Positions 1 through 9,705 of a DNA stretch of 64,000 nt are shown here, in pieces (position 1 is the first letter of the stretch; every line of letters begins with the position of its first letter). The translations under genes were made by a program, and so were the position numbers. Below the pieces are notes generated by a model that worked only from the letters and a program-made list of their open reading frames with translations, did no database searches and was not told the DNA's origin. The DNA comes from Pirellulaceae bacterium (lineage in GTDB: Bacteria > Planctomycetota > Planctomycetia > Pirellulales > Pirellulaceae): NCBI GenBank assembly GCA_041741535.1, contig JBGSJV010000027.1, positions 12,837 to 76,836 of the forward strand. The letters run 5' to 3'.

Positions 1-241
1 CCCGATGCGGGTTTCGAGATGGGTCAAGCGTTTCGTTGCAACAAGTTGAACTAGGGGAAGGACGGCTCCTACGCTCACGTGGGCCGGCGAGGCTGGCGGC
101 AACGTTTTCCGTGATCGCCATCGCGGCAACGGCGTTTTTCAAGGGAACGCGTTTTTCGTAAGGCGGCTTTTTTCGGGGTATTGGCTCAAAGGCACCGACG
201 GGGTTCGGTTGGCTTGATTGTGTACTATTTCAAGGTATGAG

Positions 242-3200
242 ATGCCCAAACTAACTATTGATTTGCGGGTACGTGTGGAAGTGGCAGAAGAAACGGCCCA
301 ACCGGCTCGCTCGGTTTCCCGACATGCCAGGCCTGGCCTTTGGATGATTTGTTGGAGCTTGGTCGGTATTGGCACGCAGTGGATGTTGGCTGTTGGGTTG
401 GGCCAATCGCCGGAGACGGAGTTACTGACGGTCGCCGAGTCTTCCAAGTTTACGGCCACGAGCCGATTTGAGGACGTGGCCGCGTTCATTGATCGATGCG
501 ATCGCGAAGCAAATCACATCCAGCGGATCGATATCGGAGAAACGGTCGAAGGACGCCCGATCGTTGCGGCAGTGGTTGGAAATCCATTGCCGGCCGTGGA
601 GTCCACGGATCCGTCTATTGGCGGAATCGTTGTCGACGACAAACGGATCGTGTGTCTGTTGTTGGGCAACATACATTCGGGCGAATGCGCTGGGAAAGAA
701 GCCTTGTTGATGCTGCTTCGAGAATTGGGTCGGTCACCTGATTCGCCGTGGATGAAAGAGTTGGTCCTGATCTTTGTCCCCAACTACAACGCCGACGGCA
801 ACGAGCGGATCGGGGCTGGGCAATACCATCGTCCTGGGCAAATGGGGCCGGAAGCGGGGATGGGGCTCCGGGAAAACGCACAACAATTGGATCTGAATCG
901 CGACTTCATCAAGATGGAAGCGCCGGAAACTCGCGCGCTGGTGAAGCTGATGAACCAATACGATGTCGATGTGGTGATCGACATGCACACCACCAATGGT
1001 TCGAAGCATCGGTACGACTTGACCTACGACTTCCCCCATCACCCAGCGGTGTTCCCGGATATTCGACAGTATTTGGTGAGTGAACTGTTGCCCACGGTCA
1101 CCCAGCGAATGTCGGCCCAAGGGATCGAGACGTTTTATTATGGCAATTTTGATCGGCAGCAAACCGAGTGGCGTTCGTTTGGCTATGAAGGACGTTACTC
1201 GACCGAGCATGCGGGATTGAGCAATCGAATCGGCATTTTGTCCGAGGCGTACTCTTACGTAAGTTACGAACGTCGAATTATCGCGTCGCGCGAGTTTGTT
1301 CGAAACTGCCTGAACTACTTGAGTGAAAATCCGGAACGAGTTCGTCAGATCCGCACTCAAGCGGCAGCTTGGGGTGTCAATTCGTTTGAGAAAAATGAAC
1401 CGCTGGCGATGAGCGCCACGTTGGAAGCCTTTCCCGAAAAAGTGGTTGTAAAAGGCTATCGCAACGAAGCCCCCGAAGATATCACCGTTGGTTGGTTTGC
1501 CAATTTTCGTCCGGCCGAACGGGCGGTCATACCTTTGGCTTACGTGATCCCGGCAGAATTTAGTCAAGCGGTCGATCGGTTGGTGATGCAAGGGATTCAA
1601 GTGCAACAACTCACGACGCCGCTGCGCACGGAAGTGTTGATCGACCGGTGCGTGAAGATCACTCGGCCCGATCGGCCGTTTCAGGGCCATTTCACGACCG
1701 AGTTGGAATCGACGCGGCGCAGTGAAGTACGCGAATTACCCGCCAAGAGTTATTTGGTTCCCACCAATCAACCATTGGCTCGGTTGTTGGCCACGTTGTT
1801 GGAGCCAAACTCATCAGACAGTTTGTACACCTGGAACTTTTTCTCCGATCAAGTTAGCGAGGGGCAGGATTTACCAGTGCTGCGGATCGACGAACGAATC
1901 GAATGGCAAACAGCACCGGTCAAACGGATCGAGCCCAGCGAGTTATTAACGCTCGCAAAGATCGATGGCCCCGTCGGGCAAATCGACTTGCAGTCGTCGA
2001 TACTGACCGATCCGCAATGGTTGGACGAAGAACATTATTTATTGACTTGGAATTCGCGCCGGCAAAAAGTCAACGTCGTCACGGGTGCAATGATGCCGAC
2101 CGATGACGCGTTGCCCAGTCGTCGTGTCTTGGATGCGTTTCAGAAGTTCTTGGTGGAGCAACAGGCGGCAGCCTCCGAGCCCGAGCGGACAGACCTTCCG
2201 GAAATCAAGGTCCAGGAAGATCAATTGATCTATGCCCCCGATCGACTGGCGGTTCTCTTGCAACACGCGGACGACCTTTATTGTTTATCGGCCGGCAGCG
2301 ATCAAGTTCGCCGCTTGACTCGCGATGGAACTCGCAAACATTTGATCCACTTCTCGCCGGACAAATCCTGGGTGTCGTTCGTCAATGCGGAACACAACTT
2401 GTGTGTGGTGTCCGTAGAATCGGGCGAGCCGCGGATCTTGACGACGGACGGTTCGCCAAACGTGCTCAATGGACTGCTGGATTGGGTCTATCAAGAGGAA
2501 TTGTATGGTCGCGGCAATTACAAAGGGTATTGGTGGAACCCGCAGTCGACTCAAATTGCGTTTTTGCAATTGGATCAAACGGCAGTACCACGCTTCATCG
2601 TCGTCGATCAGTTGCCACTCAACAATGGAATGGAAACGTTGCCGTACCCAAAGGCGGGGGATCCCAACGCAACTGTCCGAGTTGGAGTCGTGACCTTGGA
2701 CGGCGAGCAAAAGTGGGCAAAATTTGCGGAACCATCAACAGATGTGGTCGTATCGGATGTTTCCTGGAACTCCGATGGCAGCTCGGTTTATTTTCAACTC
2801 CAGGATCGCCAGCAAACTTGGCTGGATCTGTGTCGACTGACACCCGACGGAGAGACTTCGGTAATTTTCCGTGACCAGACCGGCAGTTGGGTCGAATCGC
2901 CCGGTTCGCCCTATTGGTTGGCGGACGGCAGTTTTCTCTGGCTAAGTCCGCGAAGTGGTTGGCGTCAGATTTATCATCACACCAACGATGGCCAAGTAAA
3001 CGCGGTCACGCAGCCCGGAGTGGAAGTCCAACAGATTTTGGGAGTTTCTCCCGCTGGCGACCAAGTGTTCTTTTCGGCGTACCACCCTTCGCCAACGGAA
3101 CTTCACGTGCACCGAGTCACCATGTCGGGCGGCATGTTGCACCGGTTGACGTCACTGGGGGCATCACACAAAGTCACGTTCAATCGCTCCCATACGTACT

Positions 3201-4108
3201 TTATCGACGAGTACAGTTCGGTCACGATGCCTAAACGTATCGAACTGCGCAACAACGACGGTAAGCGAATCCGTGTCCTCGAAACGAGAAACGATGATCG
3301 GCTCAACTACCTAAAGTCAAACCCACCCGAATTGATTAAGGTTCCAACCAGTGACGGTGGTAGTTTGGATGCATACCTGATCCGACCCGCGGACTTCGAT
3401 TCCAACAAGAAGTATCCCGTTTTGTTTCATGTTTATTCCGGCCCCCAGGCCCCGCGCGTCAAGAACGAATTTGGCGGCAAGACGTATCTCTGGCATCAGT
3501 ACCTGGCACAACAAGGAATCTGTGTGTGGATCTGCGACAATCGGAGCGCCACGCGGGGAGCGTCGCAATTGGCGTGGCCAGTGCATCGCAATTTGGGTCA
3601 GCACGAATTGGCGGACATCCTAGAAGGCTACAACTGGCTCAAAGATCAACCTTGGGTCGACGACAAGCAAATTGGGATCTGGGGTTGGAGTTATGGCGGT
3701 TACATGACGGCCTACGCGTTGACTCATAGCAAGGTCTTCCAACTCGGAATCTCCGGCGCTCCTGTCACCGATTGGCGGAACTACGATTCCATTTACACGG
3801 AGCGTTACATGGGACTGCCCAGCGACAATCCGGAAGGCTACAAGCGTTCTTCCGTGGTCGAGGCAGCTGCCAACTTAAGCGGAGACTTGTTGCTGATCCA
3901 TGGCGGAATCGATGACAATGTCCACATCAACAATTCGATGCAATTGGTCAAGGCCTTGCAGGATTCCGGTGTGTCGTTTGAAATGATGGTCTATCCGGCA
4001 AACCGACATGCCGTCACTCGAGAGCAGCAAGTACGTCACATGCGTAAGTTGATGACCGATTTCTTGCTGAAGCGTTTTAAACCGGTGACGCGGGTAAGCG
4101 GCGAGTAG
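242..4108 (+). CDS. Secreted two-module peptidase: M14 zinc-carboxypeptidase-like domain fused to dipeptidyl-peptidase IV (S9B beta-propeller + alpha/beta hydrolase)
   Basis: 1296-aa ORF. The track start at 218 is TTG; the first ATG is at 242, and a hydrophobic leader begins at ATG 344. M14 motifs: HSGECAG, NADGNE, DLNRDF, DMHT. DPP-IV motif: DWVYQEELYG. S9 catalytic contexts: GWSYGGYM, IHGGIDDNVH, ANRHAV. Confidence 0.85.
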   Translation: MPKLTIDLRVRVEVAEETAQPARSVSRHARPGLWMICWSLVGIGTQWMLAVGLGQSPETELLTVAESSKFTATSRFEDVAAFIDRCDREANHIQRIDIGETVEGRPIVAAVVGNPLPAVESTDPSIGGIVVDDKRIVCLLLGNIHSGECAGKEALLMLLRELGRSPDSPWMKELVLIFVPNYNADGNERIGAGQYHRPGQMGPEAGMGLRENAQQLDLNRDFIKMEAPETRALVKLMNQYDVDVVIDMHTTNGSKHRYDLTYDFPHHPAVFPDIRQYLVSELLPTVTQRMSAQGIETFYYGNFDRQQTEWRSFGYEGRYSTEHAGLSNRIGILSEAYSYVSYERRIIASREFVRNCLNYLSENPERVRQIRTQAAAWGVNSFEKNEPLAMSATLEAFPEKVVVKGYRNEAPEDITVGWFANFRPAERAVIPLAYVIPAEFSQAVDRLVMQGIQVQQLTTPLRTEVLIDRCVKITRPDRPFQGHFTTELESTRRSEVRELPAKSYLVPTNQPLARLLATLLEPNSSDSLYTWNFFSDQVSEGQDLPVLRIDERIEWQTAPVKRIEPSELLTLAKIDGPVGQIDLQSSILTDPQWLDEEHYLLTWNSRRQKVNVVTGAMMPTDDALPSRRVLDAFQKFLVEQQAAASEPERTDLPEIKVQEDQLIYAPDRLAVLLQHADDLYCLSAGSDQVRRLTRDGTRKHLIHFSPDKSWVSFVNAEHNLCVVSVESGEPRILTTDGSPNVLNGLLDWVYQEELYGRGNYKGYWWNPQSTQIAFLQLDQTAVPRFIVVDQLPLNNGMETLPYPKAGDPNATVRVGVVTLDGEQKWAKFAEPSTDVVVSDVSWNSDGSSVYFQLQDRQQTWLDLCRLTPDGETSVIFRDQTGSWVESPGSPYWLADGSFLWLSPRSGWRQIYHHTNDGQVNAVTQPGVEVQQILGVSPAGDQVFFSAYHPSPTELHVHRVTMSGGMLHRLTSLGASHKVTFNRSHTYFIDEYSSVTMPKRIELRNNDGKRIRVLETRNDDRLNYLKSNPPELIKVPTSDGGSLDAYLIRPADFDSNKKYPVLFHVYSGPQAPRVKNEFGGKTYLWHQYLAQQGICVWICDNRSATRGASQLAWPVHRNLGQHELADILEGYNWLKDQPWVDDKQIGIWGWSYGGYMTAYALTHSKVFQLGISGAPVTDWRNYDSIYTERYMGLPSDNPEGYKRSSVVEAAANLSGDLLLIHGGIDDNVHINNSMQLVKALQDSGVSFEMMVYPANRHAVTREQQVRHMRKLMTDFLLKRFKPVTRVSGE

Positions 4109-4137
4109 GACCGAACGAGATAAGGAAGGTGAATGCC

Positions 4138-6378
4138 ATGCGAACTTGGAAGAACAACATCCGACGCGACTGCGTCGTCGGCGCGATGCTTGCGAGCAGC
4201 ATCCAATTATTAACCGGAGCAGATGTCACGGCGGACGAACCCAATACCTGCTCTTTAGCGCACACGAAATCAAGGAGTCAACACGTGTCACTTGTTTCAG
4301 CACCCCATACCGAGCCAACAACCACCCGAACCGCGGTTGATGACAACCCATTCTTCCAACCTAGTACATTGCCCTTTGGCGCACCGGACTTTACCAAAAT
4401 TACCGAGGCCCATTTTCGTCCGGCGTTCGACAAAGGCATGGCGGAGCAAATGGCGGAGATCTTGGCGATCGCCGAGTCGACCGATGTGCCAACCTTCGTC
4501 AACACCATTGAAGCGATGGAGCGATCCGGTGAAATCTTGAATCGCGTGCAACGAGTGTTCTCCAACTTGAGCTCCGCCCATACCAGCCCAGAGATCCAGA
4601 AGATTCAAGTCGAGTTGTCACCGAAACTGGCCGCTCATTCCGACAATATTTTGCTGAACGCCCGACTGTTCGCTCGCGTGAAGGCCCTATGGGATAAACG
4701 CGACAAGCTAGGGTTGGATTCGGAACAACAGCGACTGTTGAAAGAAACGTACGAACGTTTTGTGCGGGCAGGAGCACGACTGAATGCCGAGCAGCAAGGC
4801 CGGATTCGCGCAATCAACGAACGCTCGTCGACGTTGAGCACCGAATTCCAAAATAATTTGTTGGCCATCACCAAAGAACGATCTGTGTTGGTGGAAGACG
4901 TCGCCCAGTTGCAGGGCCTAAGTGCCGAGCAAATCGCTTCAGCCGCCCAGCAAGCGAAGGCCCGTGGAGCGGAAGGCAAGTACTTGCTGACCATCACGAA
5001 CACAACGCGACAACCGGTGCTGGCAAGTTTACAGAACCGAGAATTGCGGCAACGAGTGTGGGAGGCCTCGGCCTATCGAGGATTGGGACGTGACGGCGGA
5101 TTGGATAACCGCGCGATTGTCACGGAGTTAGCCAATTTGCGGGCCGAAAAAGCCAAGATCCTGGGCTATGCCAATCATGCAGCCTACGCGTTGGAACAGT
5201 CGATGGCGAAAGATCCAACGGCCGCCACGAAGATGTTAACGGACATGGTTCCCGCGGTGGTCGAAAAAGTTCAGGAAGAAACCGCCGCCATCGCCGAGTT
5301 GATGCAAGCCGACGGAATCAACGATGACGTCCAACCGTGGGATTGGGAATATTACGCGGAAAAGGTTCGGCAAAAGAAGTATGAATTGGACGATGCCGAA
5401 GTTCGGCAATATTTCCTGTTGGACAACGTGTTGACGAATGGTGTTTTCCACACCATGAACCGATTGTTTGGAGTGGAATTCAAAGAGCGATTCGACATTC
5501 CTGTCTATCATGAAGATGTGCGAGTCTTTGACGTGATCGACGCCGATGGCACTCCGATCGGTCTGTTCTATGCGGACTACTTCGAACGCGAGACCAAACG
5601 CGGTGGTGCGTGGATGAGTTCGTTTGTAAATCAGTCCGGGCTGCTAGGACAGAAGCCCGTGATCGTCAACGTGATGAACATCCCCAAACCGGCCGCTGGA
5701 GATCCCGCGTTGATCAGCTTTGATCATGCGTCGACGATGTTTCACGAGATGGGGCACGCGGTGCATGGGCTATTCTCTGATGTGAAATACCCATCACTGG
5801 CAGGCACTTCGGTTCCTCGAGATTTTGTGGAGTTTCCATCGACGTTTCAAGAAGACTTTGCGATCCATCCGGAAGTGCTCAAGAACTACGCGAAGCATCA
5901 TCAAACCGGCGCGGTATTACCACCGGAATTGCTGGAGCGCATGATTGCCGCCAAGACCTTCAATCAAGGCTACGACACCCTGGAGTATTTGTCGTCGGCC
6001 TTGCTGGATCTGGAGTGGCACTCCTTGTCGCCCAACCAAGCGCCCCAAGATATCGAGCAATTTGAAGCGGAAGCGCTGGCTCGCCGCGGTGTTCTGCTCA
6101 ATGCCGTTCCGCCGCGTTACAAAACCGCGTTTTTTGCCCACGTGTGGCCAGGTGGATATTCGGCTAGTTACTACGCGTACATGTGGAGCGAAGTTTTGGC
6201 CGCGGACAGTTTTGCGTGGGTCCGAGACAATCCGGGTTTATCGCGCGAAGCAGGCGATCGATTCCGCGCGACCGTATTGTCCCGGGGTGGAAGTGTCGAG
6301 CCAATGGATCAGTATCGCAACTTCATCGGACGTGAGCCGCAAGTTGATGGATTGTTGATACGTCGCGGCCTGAAGTAA
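4138..6378 (+). CDS. dcp: M3 family peptidyl-dipeptidase Dcp
   Basis: The N-terminus (NPFFQPSTLPFGAPDFTKITEAHFRPAFDKGM) closely resembles E. coli Dcp as recalled. Zn motif FHEMGHAVHG. AAGGAAGG lies 8 nt upstream of ATG 4138 (the track GTG at 4129 overlaps the SD). Signal-peptide-like N-terminus. Confidence 0.9.
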   Translation: MRTWKNNIRRDCVVGAMLASSIQLLTGADVTADEPNTCSLAHTKSRSQHVSLVSAPHTEPTTTRTAVDDNPFFQPSTLPFGAPDFTKITEAHFRPAFDKGMAEQMAEILAIAESTDVPTFVNTIEAMERSGEILNRVQRVFSNLSSAHTSPEIQKIQVELSPKLAAHSDNILLNARLFARVKALWDKRDKLGLDSEQQRLLKETYERFVRAGARLNAEQQGRIRAINERSSTLSTEFQNNLLAITKERSVLVEDVAQLQGLSAEQIASAAQQAKARGAEGKYLLTITNTTRQPVLASLQNRELRQRVWEASAYRGLGRDGGLDNRAIVTELANLRAEKAKILGYANHAAYALEQSMAKDPTAATKMLTDMVPAVVEKVQEETAAIAELMQADGINDDVQPWDWEYYAEKVRQKKYELDDAEVRQYFLLDNVLTNGVFHTMNRLFGVEFKERFDIPVYHEDVRVFDVIDADGTPIGLFYADYFERETKRGGAWMSSFVNQSGLLGQKPVIVNVMNIPKPAAGDPALISFDHASTMFHEMGHAVHGLFSDVKYPSLAGTSVPRDFVEFPSTFQEDFAIHPEVLKNYAKHHQTGAVLPPELLERMIAAKTFNQGYDTLEYLSSALLDLEWHSLSPNQAPQDIEQFEAEALARRGVLLNAVPPRYKTAFFAHVWPGGYSASYYAYMWSEVLAADSFAWVRDNPGLSREAGDRFRATVLSRGGSVEPMDQYRNFIGREPQVDGLLIRRGLK

Positions 6379-9300
6379 ATGTCCGGAAACCTGCGATTCG
6401 CCCTCTGGTTGTTCTTGATTTGGATCGGTGGTTCGGTAGCCATGGCTACCGAACCAGATCGCCCCAATATCTTGTGGATTACTAGCGAAGACAATGGTCC
6501 GGAACTGGGCTGTTATGGGGATCCCAGCGCATCGACTCCCCATCTGGATCGATTGGCTGCGGCGGGCATGCGTTATCAGCACTGTTGGTCGAACGCGCCG
6601 GTTTGTGCCCCGGCGCGAACCACCATCGTTTCCGGCATGTATCCAACCACCACAGGCTCGCAGCATATGCGAAGCAATGTGGAATGTTCGGCCGAAGTGG
6701 AATTCTTCCCGCGCGTCTTGCGGCGGGCCGGATACTATTGCTGCAACCGTTCCAAAGAAGACTACAACTTGCGACAATCGCCAGGCTTGTGGGACGATTC
6801 GAGCCCTCGAGCACATTGGCGGAATCGAGAACCCAATCAGCCATTTTTTGCCGTCGTGAATTTTACGACAACTCATGAAAGCCAAATTCGCTCGCGGCCA
6901 CATCAACCGGGCTTGGACCCGCAGCAAGTTTCGCTACCGCCATTTCATCCGGACTTGCCCGAAATCCGCCAGGACTGGGCGCAGTACTACGACAAGATCG
7001 CCGCAATGGATCAACAGGTGGGTGAACTGTTGGCCGAGTTGGAGCGGGATGGTTTGCGCGATGATACGATCATTTTCTACTTCGGCGATCACGGCACGGG
7101 CATGCCACGAGGCAAACGGTGGCTGTACGAAACCGGCTTGCGAGTGCCGCTTATTGTTTGGGCGCCGGAAAAGTATCGTGAGCTATTGGGCGAAGCCTAT
7201 CAACCGGGAGATTGCTCCGAACGGTTGGTGAGCTTCGTTGATTTGTTTCCAACGGTACTCAGTTTGTTGCGACTGCCCATACCACCGCAATTGGCTGGAA
7301 AAGCGTTCCTGGGGCCGAATACGGTGGCACAACGCGACTATCTGTTTGGCTTTCGTGATCGAATGGATGAGCGTTATGATCTCAGCCGCGCCGTGCGAGA
7401 TAAGCGATATTCGTATATTCGCAATTACATGCCGCAGCGAATCCAAGGACAGTTCTTGGAGTACATGTTCCAAACTCCAACCACGCGGGTTTGGAAGGCA
7501 GCGTTTGATAGTGGCCAATGCAATCACGCGCAAAGTCAATTTTGGTTGCCGAAAGTTAGCGAAGAACTTTACGACCTTGAGAATGACCCCTACCAACTTC
7601 ACAACTTGGTTGGGTCTGTGGAACATCACGATACGCTGCAGCGATTTCGCGGGACCTTGCGTCAACACTTGCTGGAAACTCGCGATCTTGGCTTTTTACC
7701 GGAATCCGAGATGTTGCGGCGGTCGGCGGACACGTCGCTGTTTGATTACGGTCGCCGGACGGAGGCCTATCCATTGGAGCGCATTCTCTCGGCTGCTGAA
7801 ATGGCGACTCGCTTGGATTTGGGTACAAAACAGGAACTGCGTGAGTTATTTGGCGATGTCGAACCAGCGGTTCGGTATTGGGCGGCGATTGGCCTGGTGT
7901 GGCGGGGACTGCAGGAGGACGATCCAGAGTTCGTTCGAGAAAGCTTGCCACTGTTTCAGTTTGTGCAGGCGAACGACGCGAGTCGACCAGTACGTGGAGC
8001 CGCAGGCGAGTGGATCGCGCGTATGACTCAAATTGCAGAACCGTCCGTCGCGGTTCAACACCGGGCATTGGCCATTGCGCGCATGGTCGATGACGCGACC
8101 GCTGAGGATACGAGTTATTTCGAGGCCGTTGAGTTGCTGAACTTCTTGGTCCACTGCGAGCCCACAGCGGCAGAGTTGAATGGACATTGGAACAAATTAT
8201 CACGTTTGAATCGAAGCGGCGAAGCCAGGGTCGAGTTCTACTTGCAGCGATTGTTGGAAGTGCTGCCCCGACAAATGAATGTCGTTGTCCTGGTGTCCGA
8301 TGATCAGCGTTGGGACTCGTTGGGCGCGGCCGGAAATCCGATTATCCAAACGCCCCATTTGGATCAGTTAGCGAGCCGCGGTGTCCACTTCAAAGAAGCG
8401 CGGGTCACAACCAGCATTTGTATGACCAGCCGCGCGTCAATCTTGACAGGGCAATACATGTCGCGACATGGCATCGATCGGTTTGGTTTGGAGATCACTC
8501 CCGAAGTGTTCCGCGAAACCTATCAAGGGCAGCTCTCGGGCGCTGGGTATTGGACGGGGTTTGTCGGCAAGTATGGCGTCGGAGCTCCGAGGGGAGAAGA
8601 CTTCGATTTTCTGCGTAACTACGGAGCAGTTCATTGGTTGGAGCGGGATGGAAAGCCGGTTCACGTGACGGAACAAAACCAACGTGACTCGCTCGAGTTC
8701 TTGCGGCAGCGACCCAAAGACAAACCCTTCCTGTTAAGTGTGTCATTCTTTGCAGGCCACGCCGAGGACGGTCACCCGGATCAATACCGGCCGCAAGCTT
8801 GGAGTGAAGGCATTTATAAAGACAAAGTCGTCCCCTCAGCTCGTTTTGCGGACCCACGATACTTATCCGCGCTTCCACCATTTTTGTCCGACGCCAAAAA
8901 TGAAGGCCGCGTACGTTTTGGCTGGCGATTCGAAACGGAAGCCCATTATCAACAATCGATGATCAACTACTACCGTCTGCTAACGGAAATGGACGCAGTG
9001 GTTGGGGACATTGTCGCAGAACTGCGTACTCAAGAAGTTGATGAAAATACGCTGATCGTTTTTGTGGGCGACAACGGATACTTTCACGGCGATCGCGGGT
9101 TGGCCGACAAATGGTATCCCTACGAACAGGCATTGCGAGTTCCATTGATTGTTTACGATCCACGCATGCCGGAATCCGAGCGAGGCCAGGTGAATTCGGT
9201 GCGGGCTCTTAACATCGACATTGCGCCGACCGTGATGTCCGCGGCTGGGCAACCGATTCCCGCGCGAGTCCAGGGTGTCGATTTGAGTGAGTTTTATTTG

Positions 9301-9561
9301 AAATCACCTCCGGCAAATCCACGTAGTTCGTTTTTGTACGAACACCCAACGATCACCAACCGAGATCGCATTCCCGCGTCGCAAGCGGTCATCAGCCAAG
9401 ACTTCAAATATGTTCGCTGGCCAGAATGGAACTTTGAGCAATTATTCGATTTGCGCAGCGATGATGAAGAAATCCACAACTTGGTCGATGAACCCAAACA
9501 CGCACAAGATGTCGCGCGATTGCGATTGGAATTGGATCGGCTTCTAGAACAGGCTCGCTGA
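6379..9561 (+). CDS. Tandem double sulfatase (two complete S1 sulfatase modules joined by a HEAT-like linker)
   Basis: Module 1 has PVCAPARTTIVSGMY (CxPxR) and LYDLENDPYQLHNL. The linker has HEAT-like VRYWAAIGL / RPVRGAAGEW. Module 2 has SICMTSRASILTGQY (CxTxR variant, 8419-8433) and LFDLRSDDEEIHNL. The ATG at 6379 directly abuts the dcp stop codon. Confidence 0.85.
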   Translation: MSGNLRFALWLFLIWIGGSVAMATEPDRPNILWITSEDNGPELGCYGDPSASTPHLDRLAAAGMRYQHCWSNAPVCAPARTTIVSGMYPTTTGSQHMRSNVECSAEVEFFPRVLRRAGYYCCNRSKEDYNLRQSPGLWDDSSPRAHWRNREPNQPFFAVVNFTTTHESQIRSRPHQPGLDPQQVSLPPFHPDLPEIRQDWAQYYDKIAAMDQQVGELLAELERDGLRDDTIIFYFGDHGTGMPRGKRWLYETGLRVPLIVWAPEKYRELLGEAYQPGDCSERLVSFVDLFPTVLSLLRLPIPPQLAGKAFLGPNTVAQRDYLFGFRDRMDERYDLSRAVRDKRYSYIRNYMPQRIQGQFLEYMFQTPTTRVWKAAFDSGQCNHAQSQFWLPKVSEELYDLENDPYQLHNLVGSVEHHDTLQRFRGTLRQHLLETRDLGFLPESEMLRRSADTSLFDYGRRTEAYPLERILSAAEMATRLDLGTKQELRELFGDVEPAVRYWAAIGLVWRGLQEDDPEFVRESLPLFQFVQANDASRPVRGAAGEWIARMTQIAEPSVAVQHRALAIARMVDDATAEDTSYFEAVELLNFLVHCEPTAAELNGHWNKLSRLNRSGEARVEFYLQRLLEVLPRQMNVVVLVSDDQRWDSLGAAGNPIIQTPHLDQLASRGVHFKEARVTTSICMTSRASILTGQYMSRHGIDRFGLEITPEVFRETYQGQLSGAGYWTGFVGKYGVGAPRGEDFDFLRNYGAVHWLERDGKPVHVTEQNQRDSLEFLRQRPKDKPFLLSVSFFAGHAEDGHPDQYRPQAWSEGIYKDKVVPSARFADPRYLSALPPFLSDAKNEGRVRFGWRFETEAHYQQSMINYYRLLTEMDAVVGDIVAELRTQEVDENTLIVFVGDNGYFHGDRGLADKWYPYEQALRVPLIVYDPRMPESERGQVNSVRALNIDIAPTVMSAAGQPIPARVQGVDLSEFYLKSPPANPRSSFLYEHPTITNRDRIPASQAVISQDFKYVRWPEWNFEQLFDLRSDDEEIHNLVDEPKHAQDVARLRLELDRLLEQAR

Positions 9562-9705
9562 AGGTCGGGGGTGGCCCGACCGTTGGCGATACGGACGGCT
9601 TGTGCAGTCTCGGACGTCGAACTACGATCTGAAGCAACGGCCGACGTCGTTGGGGAGTTTCAGTACCGTCACATTCATCCCCATTTTTGACAAGAAAGTC
9701 ACTTC

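Noticed and set aside
1-125. Possible 5' end of a minus-strand gene leaving the window on the left (ATG near 123, open to position 1)
   Set aside because: Only about 40 codons are visible, with no motif, so there is not enough to call a feature.
734-1690. 318-aa minus-strand ORF, plus many 60-140-aa ORFs in both strands of 218-4108
   Set aside because: They are embedded in the M14/DPP-IV gene, whose frame carries all the catalytic motifs. They are shadow ORFs.
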